DNA from: an uncultured Lachnospiraceae bacterium
GTDB taxonomy: Bacteria > Bacillota > Clostridia > Lachnospirales > Lachnospiraceae
Reading direction: 5' to 3'
DNA: 64,000 nt
Assembly (NCBI GenBank): GCA_902789735.1
Contig: CADAOZ010000007.1
Span: forward strand, 43,250 to 107,249
In this document: in pieces, positions 31,110 to 42,000 of the stretch
How the letters are laid out: the number at the start of each line of letters is the position of its first letter
How positions within the stretch are numbered: position 1 is the first letter of the stretch
Program-made: the position numbers and the translations under genes
Notes under the pieces: generated by a model
The model's input: only the letters and a program-made list of their open reading frames with translations
Databases searched by the model: none
Told to the model about the DNA's origin: nothing

Positions 31110-31232
31110 ATCATGTGGCGAACCGGAAGTCTGGCTCCGCGGTTCATTTACCATGTGGTGAACCGGAAGTCTGACGCCGCGGTTCATTTTCCGGGTAAAC
31201 CATGAAGTCTGACTCCGTGGTTCATTTCACGG
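31110..31232. repeat. ~40 bp tandem repeat, 3 copies, in the 3' UTR of the flotillin gene
   Basis: (A)CCATGTGG(C/T)GAACCGGAAGTCTG(G/A)C(T/G)CCGCGGTTCATTT at 31110-31149 and 31150-31190, with a degenerate third copy at 31191-31232. Confidence 0.8.
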
Positions 31233-31235
31233 TTT

Positions 31236-32765
31236 TTATGCTTCGACCTCTGTGTACTTGCCATCTTCCACAGGTTTGTCATCGCTGTCTTTTGCGGCAG
31301 GCGCACCGGTCAGATTCCGGAGCATGCCGCCCAGATCAATACCGACAGACTGGCCGAGGCCTTCCGAGACCTGGGTCACATTCTGCATGATATCCCTGGT
31401 CAGATTGGATGTCTCGCCGCCGTACATGTAGATCTTGTCAACATTGGTATAAGCCTTGCCGGCTGCTTCCGCGATGGCGGGCAGTTTGTCAAAGTAGTAT
31501 TTGAGGGCTTCGAGCATCATGTCCTGTTTGGCGGCTTCACCGTACTGCTGCATGGCTTCCGCCTTCTTGAGCAGACCTTCCGCTTCCGCTTCCAGTTTGG
31601 CCTTGATGGCGGCCGCTTCCGCTTCGCCCTTCACGCGGGCTGCTTCCGCTTCCGCAATGCCTTCGGCCTTGGTCGCTTCTGCAAGGACCCGTTTGGCCTC
31701 GGATTCCTTCTCCGCTTCAAACTGCTTCGCTTCCGCTTCCTTCTGCCTCTTGAACAGGTCCGCTTCCGAAGCCTTCTGGATCCGGTACAGGACAGCGTCC
31801 GCTTCCTGCTGGGCCGCGTACTTCTTGGCTTCCGCCGTCTTCTTGACTTCCGCGTCCAGGGCTTTTTCACGGATATCGACTTCCTTGGACTTCAGTTCCA
31901 GTTCCTTCTCCTGGCGGGCCAGGTTGGCGTTGGCGGTCGAAATCTCGATCGTCTTACGCTGCTCTTCCTTCTGGATCTGGTAAGCGGCGTCCGCTTCCGC
32001 CTTCTTGGTATCCTCCGTAATCTTCAGTTCAGATTTGCGGATGGCCAGTACATTCTCTCTCTCCGCGATCTCGGTCTGGGCCTTGACCCTTGCCTCATTG
32101 GCTGCCTTCTCGGCGTTCGCCTGGGCGACCGCGATCTCCATCTCGGCCTGGGCCTTGGAAATGGCCGCGTCCTTGGAAATCTGAACGGTATTCTGGATAC
32201 CCAGATTCTTGATGACGCCGTTGCCGTCCTTGAAGTTCTGGATATTGAATGTCGTCAGCTCAAGACCCATATCCCGCAGGTTGGGCGTCACGTTCTCAAT
32301 GACCTTCTCCGCGATGATCTTCTTATCGCCCTGGATCAGTTCCTTGAGTGTCATCTGGGAGATGATCTCACGGATATTACCTTCCAGAACAGGACGGATG
32401 ATCTCCTGGATCTGCTGGGGGGTTTTTCCAAGGAACTTGGCCGCTGCCTTGGGCATGATGTTGGGATCCGTAGATACCGAGAAGTTGGCGACCGCGTCTA
32501 CAAAGATGTTGATGGCATCTTTAGTGGGAATCTCATCCTTGGATGTAAAATCCGACTGCATGTTCAGCAGGGACAGGGTATCCACCCGCTGCAGACCGGG
32601 AATAACAAAACATCCACCCTTGGTGATCGTTCTGGAACCGCCCAGGCCTGTAACGATCATGGCCGTGTTCGGCGGTGCTTTCCTGTACAGCGTCGAGAGC
32701 AGGATCACAAAGATGACGATCACAACGACAATACCGGCGATTAGAAATACAAAACTGGGAACCAT
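31236..32765 (-). CDS. Flotillin-like protein (SPFH/band-7 domain, FloT/YuaG-type)
   Basis: 509 aa. An N-terminal TM anchor, an SPFH domain, and a long Ala/Glu/Lys-rich coiled coil with EA repeats. Confidence 0.9.
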   Translation of the reverse strand: MVPSFVFLIAGIVVVIVIFVILLSTLYRKAPPNTAMIVTGLGGSRTITKGGCFVIPGLQRVDTLSLLNMQSDFTSKDEIPTKDAINIFVDAVANFSVSTDPNIMPKAAAKFLGKTPQQIQEIIRPVLEGNIREIISQMTLKELIQGDKKIIAEKVIENVTPNLRDMGLELTTFNIQNFKDGNGVIKNLGIQNTVQISKDAAISKAQAEMEIAVAQANAEKAANEARVKAQTEIAERENVLAIRKSELKITEDTKKAEADAAYQIQKEEQRKTIEISTANANLARQEKELELKSKEVDIREKALDAEVKKTAEAKKYAAQQEADAVLYRIQKASEADLFKRQKEAEAKQFEAEKESEAKRVLAEATKAEGIAEAEAARVKGEAEAAAIKAKLEAEAEGLLKKAEAMQQYGEAAKQDMMLEALKYYFDKLPAIAEAAGKAYTNVDKIYMYGGETSNLTRDIMQNVTQVSEGLGQSVGIDLGGMLRNLTGAPAAKDSDDKPVEDGKYTEVEA

Positions 32766-33218
32766 TTAATTGTACCTCCTTTAGATACTTTTATTTATAG
32801 CCTGCTTCAGGACAGGGAATTCAAAAGCCGCTGGCTTTCTTTTCCTGTTCGAGGAGATTCTATCACCGGACGCTGCCGTTTTTTTTTTGCGGCAATCATA
32901 TACGGCTGTCCCCTGCGGAACGCGCTCTGACCCGGTGTTCCTGTCTGCAGACTGTTCCACTGATGACTATAGCAGTATTCCCTTCAAAAAACAATCTAAA
33001 TAATCCCCGTTCCATATATGATCATTGTTAAAAACATGCATAAATGCATCTTTTAAGCATTAAGTTTAATGCATTTTTACGAATATCCCCTTTAGAAACA
33101 TTCTGAATTTTGCTATAATACTGACAGTTTTATAAACTGTTCATTCTTATTGCCGCGATGACATTTTTCCCTTCTGATTCCGGTGAAATGTTTCGCGCAG
33201 ATCCTCAAGGAGGTCATT

Positions 33219-34766
33219 ATGTTCCTGAAATTTCTGCTTGCACTGATTCCGATCATCTGGCTGATCGTAGCCATGAGCGTCATCAAGCTTCCCGGATACA
33301 GAGCATGCTACATCGCCCTGATCATTGCGGCCCTGGAGGCCTGCTTTATCTGGAAGCTGTCTCCTGCCTGCGTTGCGACTGCCGCCCTGCAGGGTATCCT
33401 GAACGCCCTCTGGCCCATCTGTCTGGTCATTGTGGCCGCGCTGTTTACCTACAACCTGACCCTGGAAACGGGGGCCATGGAAGATATCAAGCGCATGCTG
33501 GGCGGCGTCTCCACGGACAGCCGCATCCTGATGCTGATCATTGCCTGGGGCTTCGGTAACTTCATGGAAGGTATGGCCGGCTTCGGCACCGCGGTCGCGA
33601 TTCCCGCCGGCATGCTGGTCGGCATCGGTTTCGACCCGATCCAGTCCGTTGTCGCCTGTCTGGTCATCAACTCCACGCCGACCGTCTTCGGCAGCGTCGG
33701 CGTTCCCGCCACCACCATGGCGTCCATCACCGGACTGGACATCCTGCAGTTTTCTGCCTACGCTTCCCTGATCCAGATCGTACTGACCTTCCTTTCCCCT
33801 TTCCTGGCGGTCATGATCATCGGCGGCGGCGTCAAAGCCCTGCGGGGTCTCTTCCCCTTTACGCTGATCGCGTCCCTTTCCTTCTGTATTCCCCAGGTCG
33901 TCTGCTCTGTCTTCATCGGCGCGGAGCTTCCCAATATCCTGGGTGCTGTCATCAGCATGGGCGTCATGGTCGCGGCAGCCCGACTGATTCCCCACAAGAA
34001 GATACCGGAGTATGAGGTAAAGCAGACTGCTTCGGACACTCCCATGACAGTACAGTCCGGTTTCGTAGCCTGGGCTCCCTTTATCTTTACCTTTGTTTTC
34101 CTGCTGGTGACCTCCAACCTCTGTAAGCCCGTCCATGATCTTCTGGCAGCAGCCAAGACGACCATACAGGTCTATGCCGGGGAAAATCCCGAATCACTGA
34201 CCTTCTACTGGATCAATACGCCCGGCATTATCATCTTCTTCGCCGCTTTCTGCGGCGGCCTGGTCCAGAAGGCGTCACCCGCAAGGATGTTCAAAGTCCT
34301 GAAAAAGACCTTCTTTTCCAACATCAAGGTATTTATCACCGTATGCAGCGTCCTGGCTGTCGCCAAGATCATGGGCTACAGCGGCATGATCAGCGATATC
34401 GCCGTTGTCCTGGTCGCGGTGACCGGTTCCTTCTTCCCGCTCTTCTCGCCTCTGATCGGCGTCATCGGCGGTTTCGTAACAGGATCCGGTACTTCCACCG
34501 CCGTCCTCTTCGGCAAACTGCAGCAGGATACAGCAGCCGCCATCAGTGAAAATCCCAACTTGCCCGCCTGGCTGTGCGCGGCCAATGAGATGGGCGGCGG
34601 CGTCGGCAAGATGATCTGTCCCCAGAGTATCGCCATCGGCTGCGCCGCGGTCGGCCTGACCGGCTCGGAAAGCAAGATCCTGGGCAAAGTATTCATCTAC
34701 GTTCTCCTGTACGCGGTAATCGGAGGCCTGATCTGCTTCTTCGTCCCTGTGCTCGGACTGATCTGA
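33219..34766 (+). CDS. lctP: L-lactate permease (LctP family)
   Basis: Trimmed to MFLKFLLALIPIIW, which has an AAGGAGG RBS. A polytopic membrane protein with typical LctP segments (MEGMAGFGTAVAIPAGMLVGIGF). Confidence 0.88.
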   Translation: MFLKFLLALIPIIWLIVAMSVIKLPGYRACYIALIIAALEACFIWKLSPACVATAALQGILNALWPICLVIVAALFTYNLTLETGAMEDIKRMLGGVSTDSRILMLIIAWGFGNFMEGMAGFGTAVAIPAGMLVGIGFDPIQSVVACLVINSTPTVFGSVGVPATTMASITGLDILQFSAYASLIQIVLTFLSPFLAVMIIGGGVKALRGLFPFTLIASLSFCIPQVVCSVFIGAELPNILGAVISMGVMVAAARLIPHKKIPEYEVKQTASDTPMTVQSGFVAWAPFIFTFVFLLVTSNLCKPVHDLLAAAKTTIQVYAGENPESLTFYWINTPGIIIFFAAFCGGLVQKASPARMFKVLKKTFFSNIKVFITVCSVLAVAKIMGYSGMISDIAVVLVAVTGSFFPLFSPLIGVIGGFVTGSGTSTAVLFGKLQQDTAAAISENPNLPAWLCAANEMGGGVGKMICPQSIAIGCAAVGLTGSESKILGKVFIYVLLYAVIGGLICFFVPVLGLI

Positions 34767-35012
34767 TAAAGAAAGGCAGAACGGAACAGCGCTGACGAAT
34801 CTTTCCATCATAAGAATACGGCGGACCGCAGACGGTCCCGTGCAAAGAACCCTGGCATACCTGCCGGGGTCCTTTTTCGTTCTTATAAGACGCTGTTATG
34901 TTCTAATTTATGGTCTATTCTTATAATTTATTCTTAATAATCTGTATTTATGTTCTGTTTCGGCAATCTATTCCTATACGTCGTTTTTATACTTCTATTT
35001 TATGATCTGTTC

Positions 35013-38000
35013 TTATAAGTCATTCCCTGCTTCCGCTTCCGGAGGATCCAGGCGGACTTCCTCCCCGCCCAGGCCGAAAGCGTACAGAATGATCTCCCGG
35101 ACCGGTCTGTGATAAACGGAAGCGAGCGTCTGCGCGTAATAGACCATCTGTGTCTTGTAGCGGTCAGCCAGCTGCTGTCCGTTCTCCACATGGTCGGTCT
35201 TGTAATCCACCAGGACCAGGCCGTCTTCTTCCGCAAAGAAGGCATCGATGATCCCCTGGATCATGATCGTCTCTCCGGAAGGAAAGTCCTCACGCAGCCG
35301 GCTGGCCGGCAGTCCCAGTACGAAGGGCTGCTCCCGGTGCAGCCTGCCTGCCCGGGCGGCCCTTCCCATACGTCTTCCCAGATTTCCCTGCAGGAAGCGC
35401 AGGAAGGGACGGGGCCGGAGGACCTGCCTGTATTCCGGCGGGATCTTTCCCTGTTTCTCCAGTTCTTCGATCCACTGCATGACCTGCCCGGGCGTCACAC
35501 TGTCGGGATCACGGAAGCGGTCATAATCCATCAGCTCCATGATCCGGTGGACAGCTGTACCATAGGCGGCGCCGGAGAGCCGGGGCTTTTTGCCGGCATC
35601 CCTGCCGCTGCTTTCTGCTGCCTCCGCTGCTGCCTCTGATCCTGCTTCTTCCGCCGCGGCCGCCTGCTCCTGCGCCTGCTGCCTGCGGATAAAACGGGGC
35701 AGGATACTCTCCTCTTCTTCATGGAACAGGGACTGCGCTCCTTCTCCCGCTGCCTCCTGCCCGCTTTCATGCTCCCGCATGGCTGCCATCTTGAGCTCGG
35801 ACACGGAGGTCTTGGTATAGAGGTCCCGCAGATTGCCGTGGGCATACTGCCAGGACAGGCGCAGATCCAGCCATTCGGCCAGCTTGCGGTCCGGCAGGTC
35901 ATCCCGGTCCGCCTGCCACAATCCGGACAGCCGGGCCAGCCGTTCTTCCATGCCTGCCTGTTCTTCCAGCGCATGCAGGGTCATTTCATCGACCGGGACC
36001 CTGGAGACCGCCACGGAAGCGGCCGGATCGTCTGCCAGGAGATCCGCTTCCCCGCCCCGGCGGGCATAAAGGGCTGCCAGGAGCAGGTCCAGATAGGAGC
36101 CTGACTCCATCAGGATCCGGAAGGGCAGATGCGTCTCTTCCCGTACCGGACCGGCCGCTTTTTCCGCCGCTTTGTCCAGCAGATCTTCCACATTTTTATG
36201 ATAGGCTGTCAGAATCAGCTTCTCTTTGGCCCTTGTCATGGCCACATAGAGGACGCGCAGTTCCTCGCCCAAGCTGTCCCTGCGGATCTTATCGGCGATC
36301 ATTTCACGCCGGAAGGTGGTGGCTTTCAGCCTGGCGTCAGGGTCCATATAGTTGACGCCGATGCCCCAGTCCGTATCGCAGATCAGGTCGCCGGAAGCGT
36401 CATTGCTGTTAAAGCTGTATTTCTTATGCAGGCCGCAGACAAAGCAGACCGGAAATTCCAGTCCCTTGCTCTTATGGATGGTCATGATCCGGACCACGTC
36501 CGCGTTCTCATCCAGAATATTGGCCTCCCCGTAATCCACCTCCCGGGAGTGCATCTGGTCTATATAGCGGATGAACTGGAAGAGGCCTGTGTAAGCCGTT
36601 TTTTCAAAGGACAGGGCCTGGCGGCTGAACATCTGCAGGTTGGCGCTCCGCTGCGCACCGCCCGGCAGGGCCGCGACAAAGTCTGTATAGCCGGTATCCT
36701 GAATCAGACTGCCCAGCAGCTCATGGATGGACATCCACTGACTTCTGTCCCGCCAGCTGTCCAGAAAAGCCAGGAAGTCCCGGCATTTGAGGCCGGCCGG
36801 ACTGTCCGGCTCCTCCTCCGCCTGCCGCATGACAGCTTCGTACAGGGACAGATCTCTGCGGCCGGCCCGGACCGATACGATCTCGTCGTCAGAAAAACGG
36901 CCGAACCAGCTGCGCATGGCCCCGTAAAAAGGGATATCCTGCCTGGGATTGTCAATGATCCGCAGCATCTGCATGATGGTCCTGACTTCAAAGGCGGAGA
37001 AATAGCCGGTCCTGGATTCCACATAGGCCGGGATTCCCTCTTTTTCAAATATGTCCCGGAATTCCTCATTCCAGCCCAGACTGGAACGCAGGAGGATCAC
37101 GATATCACCAAAGGAAGCGGGCCGCATTTCACCGGTCCTGTCATCTCTGACCGGAAGATGCCCGACGATCTGACGGATTCTGTAAGCCACAGCCAGGGCC
37201 TCCCGCCGGCGGCTGCTCAGTTCCGCGGCGGAGGGGATCTCATTGTCTGCCGGTCCTTCGTCCGTCTGTCCGCTGTCTGCCGGCCCGCCGGCGTCAGCTG
37301 CGGCGTTGGCGGCAGCCCCGTCTACCAGGAGCAGTTCTGTCCGGTAAGGATCATCTCCGCCGGCCGCCTCCGCCTCCGGATACGACGCGCCCGGTTTCAG
37401 GGAAACGGTATCGTCATATTGGACGCCGCCGATCTCCCGCCGCATGATCCTTTCAAAAACGTCGTTGACACTGTCCAGGACCTGGCTCCGGCTGCGGAAG
37501 TTCTGGTCCAGATCGATCCGCTCGGTGCGGGGATCCAGCGGCCGGTAGGTGTCAAATTTTTCCATAAAAATTTCAGGCCGGGCCAGACGGAATTTATAGA
37601 TGCTCTGTTTGACGTCGCCCACCATAAAGCGGTTGTTGCGTCCTTCATCCTCCGTGGATATGGTACGCAGCAGCAGTTCCTGGACATCGTTGCTGTCCTG
37701 ATACTCATCGATCAGGATCTCGGCAAAGTGCCGGCGGTATTCCATGGCAGCCGGCCGGGGCGTACAGGTTCCGTCTTCATGGAAATCCAGCAGGACCTGC
37801 AGGGCGTAATGCTCCAGATCCGGGAAGTCCAGCAGGTTCTTTTCCCGCTTGGCCTGGCGGTAGCGTTCCGCGTAGGCCAGGGTCAGATCGACCAGCTCCC
37901 GCAGGGGACCGTCCGCCGCCCGCATGGTATGGAAGACCAGATCCGCGGAGCTTTCCGAGTACTTTCCGCAGATGGAAGCGATTTTTGTCTTTATGGCCGC

Positions 38001-38993
38001 GCGTCTGTCTTTGACCCGGTTCTTCTTGCTTTCACTGACGTTGGGATATCGTTTCTTTCCCAGGGTAGGAAGCCTGCCGAAGGAAGCGCCGCCCAGGCCC
38101 GAGATCAGGTCCCAGACTGCCTTTGCCTGTTCCGCGTCCAGACTGCCGGCCATCTGCAGAAGGCTGCCGGAATGTCCCTGCCGGATGGACAGGACCGGTT
38201 CCTGCCGCAGTTTTGCAAACAGGCTGTCCTGTTCCAGGGTCAGCAGGGCGGCATAGCCTTCCGGTCCGTCCGGCTCCCCGCAGATCTCCAGCATGTCAGA
38301 ATACTGCCGGTCCATGTCCTCCAGCTGTTCCAGGGTCTGCAGAATACCGGTCTGCAGCCAGAGGGAGGTAAAGATTTCTTCTTTTGACTCCACATGGTAG
38401 TCTTCCCTGCGCTGCTTCAGCCAGAATTCGGGCTGGGGCCGGCTGGAAGACATGGTATAGAGGTCCGCGATCATCTTCTGCAGGCCCCGGTCGTCACTGC
38501 CCGGACAGAAATAGGCGGCGCATTCCAGAAAGGCCGGATCCGCCTGCTGATAACATTCCTCCAGAAAGCTGTCCAGGACATCCGCGGACATGAGCTCGCT
38601 CTCTGTCTGGTCCATGACCCGGAAATCCGGATCCAGATCGATCTCGCTGAAATTATTCCGCAGCAGATAGCTGCAGAAGCTGTCGATGGTCGTGATCTGG
38701 GCGTTGTGGATCAGCGTCTCCTGCCTGCGCAGATGAGCGTTGGACGGATCCTCCCGCAGGCGGTCCGAGACAGCCCTGGCAATACGCTCCCGCATCTGGG
38801 CGGCCGCCGCCCTGGTAAAAGTAACGACCAGCAGGCGGTCAATGTCCAGAGGACGCTCTCCTTCGCTGATCATGCGGACGATCCGCTCCACCAGAACGGC
38901 CGTCTTGCCGCTGCCGGCTGCCGCGGAGACCAGTATATTATGGTCACGGGCTTCCAGGACCCGTGTCTGTTTTTCAGTAAATTGAATTGCCAT
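35013..38993 (-). CDS. addA: ATP-dependent helicase/nuclease subunit A (AddA)
   Basis: Trimmed to MAIQFTEKQTRVLEA... The ORF-track start is TTG, overlapping the addB stop. UvrD-type Walker A AAAGSGKTAVLVERI and a C-terminal RecB nuclease domain. Confidence 0.93.
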   Translation of the reverse strand: MAIQFTEKQTRVLEARDHNILVSAAAGSGKTAVLVERIVRMISEGERPLDIDRLLVVTFTRAAAAQMRERIARAVSDRLREDPSNAHLRRQETLIHNAQITTIDSFCSYLLRNNFSEIDLDPDFRVMDQTESELMSADVLDSFLEECYQQADPAFLECAAYFCPGSDDRGLQKMIADLYTMSSSRPQPEFWLKQRREDYHVESKEEIFTSLWLQTGILQTLEQLEDMDRQYSDMLEICGEPDGPEGYAALLTLEQDSLFAKLRQEPVLSIRQGHSGSLLQMAGSLDAEQAKAVWDLISGLGGASFGRLPTLGKKRYPNVSESKKNRVKDRRAAIKTKIASICGKYSESSADLVFHTMRAADGPLRELVDLTLAYAERYRQAKREKNLLDFPDLEHYALQVLLDFHEDGTCTPRPAAMEYRRHFAEILIDEYQDSNDVQELLLRTISTEDEGRNNRFMVGDVKQSIYKFRLARPEIFMEKFDTYRPLDPRTERIDLDQNFRSRSQVLDSVNDVFERIMRREIGGVQYDDTVSLKPGASYPEAEAAGGDDPYRTELLLVDGAAANAAADAGGPADSGQTDEGPADNEIPSAAELSSRRREALAVAYRIRQIVGHLPVRDDRTGEMRPASFGDIVILLRSSLGWNEEFRDIFEKEGIPAYVESRTGYFSAFEVRTIMQMLRIIDNPRQDIPFYGAMRSWFGRFSDDEIVSVRAGRRDLSLYEAVMRQAEEEPDSPAGLKCRDFLAFLDSWRDRSQWMSIHELLGSLIQDTGYTDFVAALPGGAQRSANLQMFSRQALSFEKTAYTGLFQFIRYIDQMHSREVDYGEANILDENADVVRIMTIHKSKGLEFPVCFVCGLHKKYSFNSNDASGDLICDTDWGIGVNYMDPDARLKATTFRREMIADKIRRDSLGEELRVLYVAMTRAKEKLILTAYHKNVEDLLDKAAEKAAGPVREETHLPFRILMESGSYLDLLLAALYARRGGEADLLADDPAASVAVSRVPVDEMTLHALEEQAGMEERLARLSGLWQADRDDLPDRKLAEWLDLRLSWQYAHGNLRDLYTKTSVSELKMAAMREHESGQEAAGEGAQSLFHEEEESILPRFIRRQQAQEQAAAAEEAGSEAAAEAAESSGRDAGKKPRLSGAAYGTAVHRIMELMDYDRFRDPDSVTPGQVMQWIEELEKQGKIPPEYRQVLRPRPFLRFLQGNLGRRMGRAARAGRLHREQPFVLGLPASRLREDFPSGETIMIQGIIDAFFAEEDGLVLVDYKTDHVENGQQLADRYKTQMVYYAQTLASVYHRPVREIILYAFGLGGEEVRLDPPEAEAGNDL

Positions 38994-39020
38994 GATTTTT
39001 CTACTCCCCAGAGACAAGGT

Positions 39021-42000
39021 TCAATCCCGGTAATCGTATCCCGGAATCCTGGGATCGAAGCCGCAGACATTTTTGTAAGGACAGAATTCGCAGGCCGTTT
39101 TGTTCCGGGGCAGTTTTGCCGGAACGGCGCTGACATTACCTTTCAGGATTTCCTCCGCGATCTGGCAGATGACTTTTCTGACCTCTTCCGACAGTTCTTC
39201 GAACTCCTGCTGACTGTAAACGGACGATCTGGCATCCGGACTCCCGTCCTGTTTAAACCTCACCGGAATCGCTTCCGAAGTACCGGAACAGCTGTGGTCC
39301 AGACGCTGCAGGCTGGCCGGGTCTCCGGATACCATGCCTGTCGGCCGGAGCTTTTTGCGGATGGCTTTCTGCTCTTCCTGGTGAGCCGCCTCCAGCTCTT
39401 CCGGCGTCCGCTCTTCTTCGAAATCCTGCTCGGATACAGTCCCTTCCACGACAGGGTCCTGCAGGCGGTAATAGAGCATGGCGGAAGGAACGACCGTATC
39501 CCCGGGATGCAGATGCTGCTGCTCCTGCAGGACGGCATTCATATACAGAAGCAGCTGGATCTGCAGGCCCTTCCGCATCTGTTCCGGATCCAGGCTCCTG
39601 CTGCCGGATTTATAATCGATGATCTTGACAAAGCGTCTGCCCTCTTCTTCGCATAAATCCACCCGGTCGATCTGTCCGTTCAGCCGCAGCATGCCATGAT
39701 CCGCAAGTTCAAAGGAAATGGTGTCGCCGCCCCTGCCCCCGAAGCCTTTCTCATAGGCAGCGGGCACAAAGCTGCCCTGCTGCAGCTGGTACTGCAGGGT
39801 CTCCACCGTCCGCTCCAGGATCCGCCGCAGCCGGCCGATCTGGTGTGTGCTCCTGGCGGTATCGTAAAGAATCAGGTCCCTGTACTTACGGGCCGTATCC
39901 TGCAGGGCCTGATCCGCCATCTCCCTGCCCTGGTCCCGGGAGAACCCGGTCCAGGTAAGGCCCCGTTCCTTCAGACGATGGCTGAATGTATTGAGGCTTT
40001 CATGCAGAACCGTGCCTGTGTCTGCGAAATCGATCCGGAATTCTTTCCGTCTGCGCAGGCCCAGGCCATACTGCAGATACTGGCGCAGGTAACACTGGGC
40101 CGCCGTCTCCAGCCGGGTCACACTGCCCTCCACAATCCCGCCATACAAGGCTGCCGCCTGCCGCGGCTGCAGATATTCCGGTTTATAACGGAAGAAGGCA
40201 GTCCGGGTCAGCCGGATCAGGTTCTGTGCCGTTTCCGGGTCCATGCGGCTGCAATAGCCGTACAGGGTAAGGAAGGCGTCCAGCTGCTGCGGATCTTCCT
40301 TTTCCCCGTCTGCATAGCGGCGCAGCTGCTCCGCCAGCAGGGATTCGGCGTCCCCCCGTCCCGTGATCTGCAGGATGGGATCCTGCTCTTCCGGATAACG
40401 GGCCCGCAGCCGGGGGAACATTTCCTGCAGGCTGCTGATCAGGATGGAAGGCCTGATGCTCTGGCCGTCCATGGAAACTCTGGCATAGGACAGACAGAGC
40501 ATGTCCGTAGCTTTGGTCATATTCAGATAGAGGTAGAGCCTCTGTATATACATCTGCTCCCTGGGGGAAGGGGCCAGTTCCAGCCCGCTGGACTCCAGGA
40601 ATTCCCTGTCCAGATCGGAGATCAGGCCGCCCCCGCCGGTAGATCTGGGAATATTGCCGTCGTTGATGCCCACAAAGAAGAGGACCTTTACCTCGCCGAA
40701 ACGGGTCCTTTCCACGTCGCCGCACAGGACCCGGTCCACCTTCTGGGGCAGGGTGCCCAGACGGATCTCATCCAGGCCTGTTTCCAGCAGCTCCAGATAA
40801 TCGGCAGCGGAAATCTTCTCTTCTCCGATCAGCTCATAAATCTCATCCAGCAGTTCTATAATGCCCCGGTAGATCTGGGAATACTCTTTCTCCCTGGCGT
40901 AGTCTCCGGCTTCTTTAAAGCGTTCCGCCCTTTCCTTCATGAGGGTTTCCGTACCGCGCCCGGTCAGGAAGGCATACAGCTGTTCTGTCCGTTCTCCGGC
41001 GGTCAGGACCCGGCGCCTGCCGGCTGCCTCATCCGGAACCTTGTCCTGCTCTGCCGGTTCGGAACCATATTCCCGCTGCAGGGGGCCTGTGACCGGCTCG
41101 ATCTCTTTCAGGAAGCGGACCCGCAGGGGTTCCGTCGCGTCATCAAAGGCCAGGGACCATTTCCTGCGTCCCCGGATGCCTTTTTCCAGACAGTAGTTCT
41201 CCAGAAGATCGACCTCTTCCGCCGTCAGGGAACTGAGGCCGCTGCGCAGATAGCGGAACACAGACTCATAGTCAAATCCCCGCATGGAAATCTGCAGAAC
41301 GCTGCGGATAGCTTCTGTCAGCGGATTGTGATAGATTGCCTTTGTCTTATCTATATAGACCGGGATATCATACCGGACGGCTTCGGCCGCCAGAAGATCC
41401 CCGTACGTCTCCAGGTCCGGGCAGATGACCGCGAAGTCCCGCCAGCAATAGCCCTTCTCCCTGGATAACTCCTTCATCCGGATACAGACCTGGCGGATTT
41501 CTTTGTGCGGATCCGCCGCTTCTGTCAGACTGACGGACTCCGCCCGGTCTCCCTCATAAGGCCGCCTGCCGTATCTGTACAGGTTCTTCTCCAGATGGGC
41601 CAGGGCCGGATTGGTCTCAAACCGCCGGGGCACCGGCCTGTCCATATACAGGTCTCTGCCGTGAGGGATTCCCTTCTCCAGGCCGATCCGGACAATATCC
41701 CTGACCGTCTTGCGGCTCAGATAGAAAAGGGCCTCCCTGCTGCCCGCGCTGCGGCCGTCCATCAGTTCCTCCGGCCGCAGGCCTCCGTCATCCGCCAGTG
41801 TAATACTGAAGATGACTTCCCGGGCACAGGCCATCAGGGCGGCCAGGACCCGGTACTGGATGGGCGTAAAGCCGGTAAAACCGTCAAATACGATGACGCT
41901 GCGCCGGATCAGCTCTGACCGGGGAATGGCCCGGGCAAACAGATCCAGGGTCTCCTCCGAGGTGATCATGCGGTCTTCCCTTGCCTGCTCAAAAGCCTGA

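Noticed and set aside
32766-33218. Expected nfeD/yuaF-like partner gene upstream of the flotillin
   Set aside because: The 450-bp region upstream of the flotillin start has no ORF. It carries lctP regulatory repeats instead. The flotillin appears to be a stand-alone gene here.
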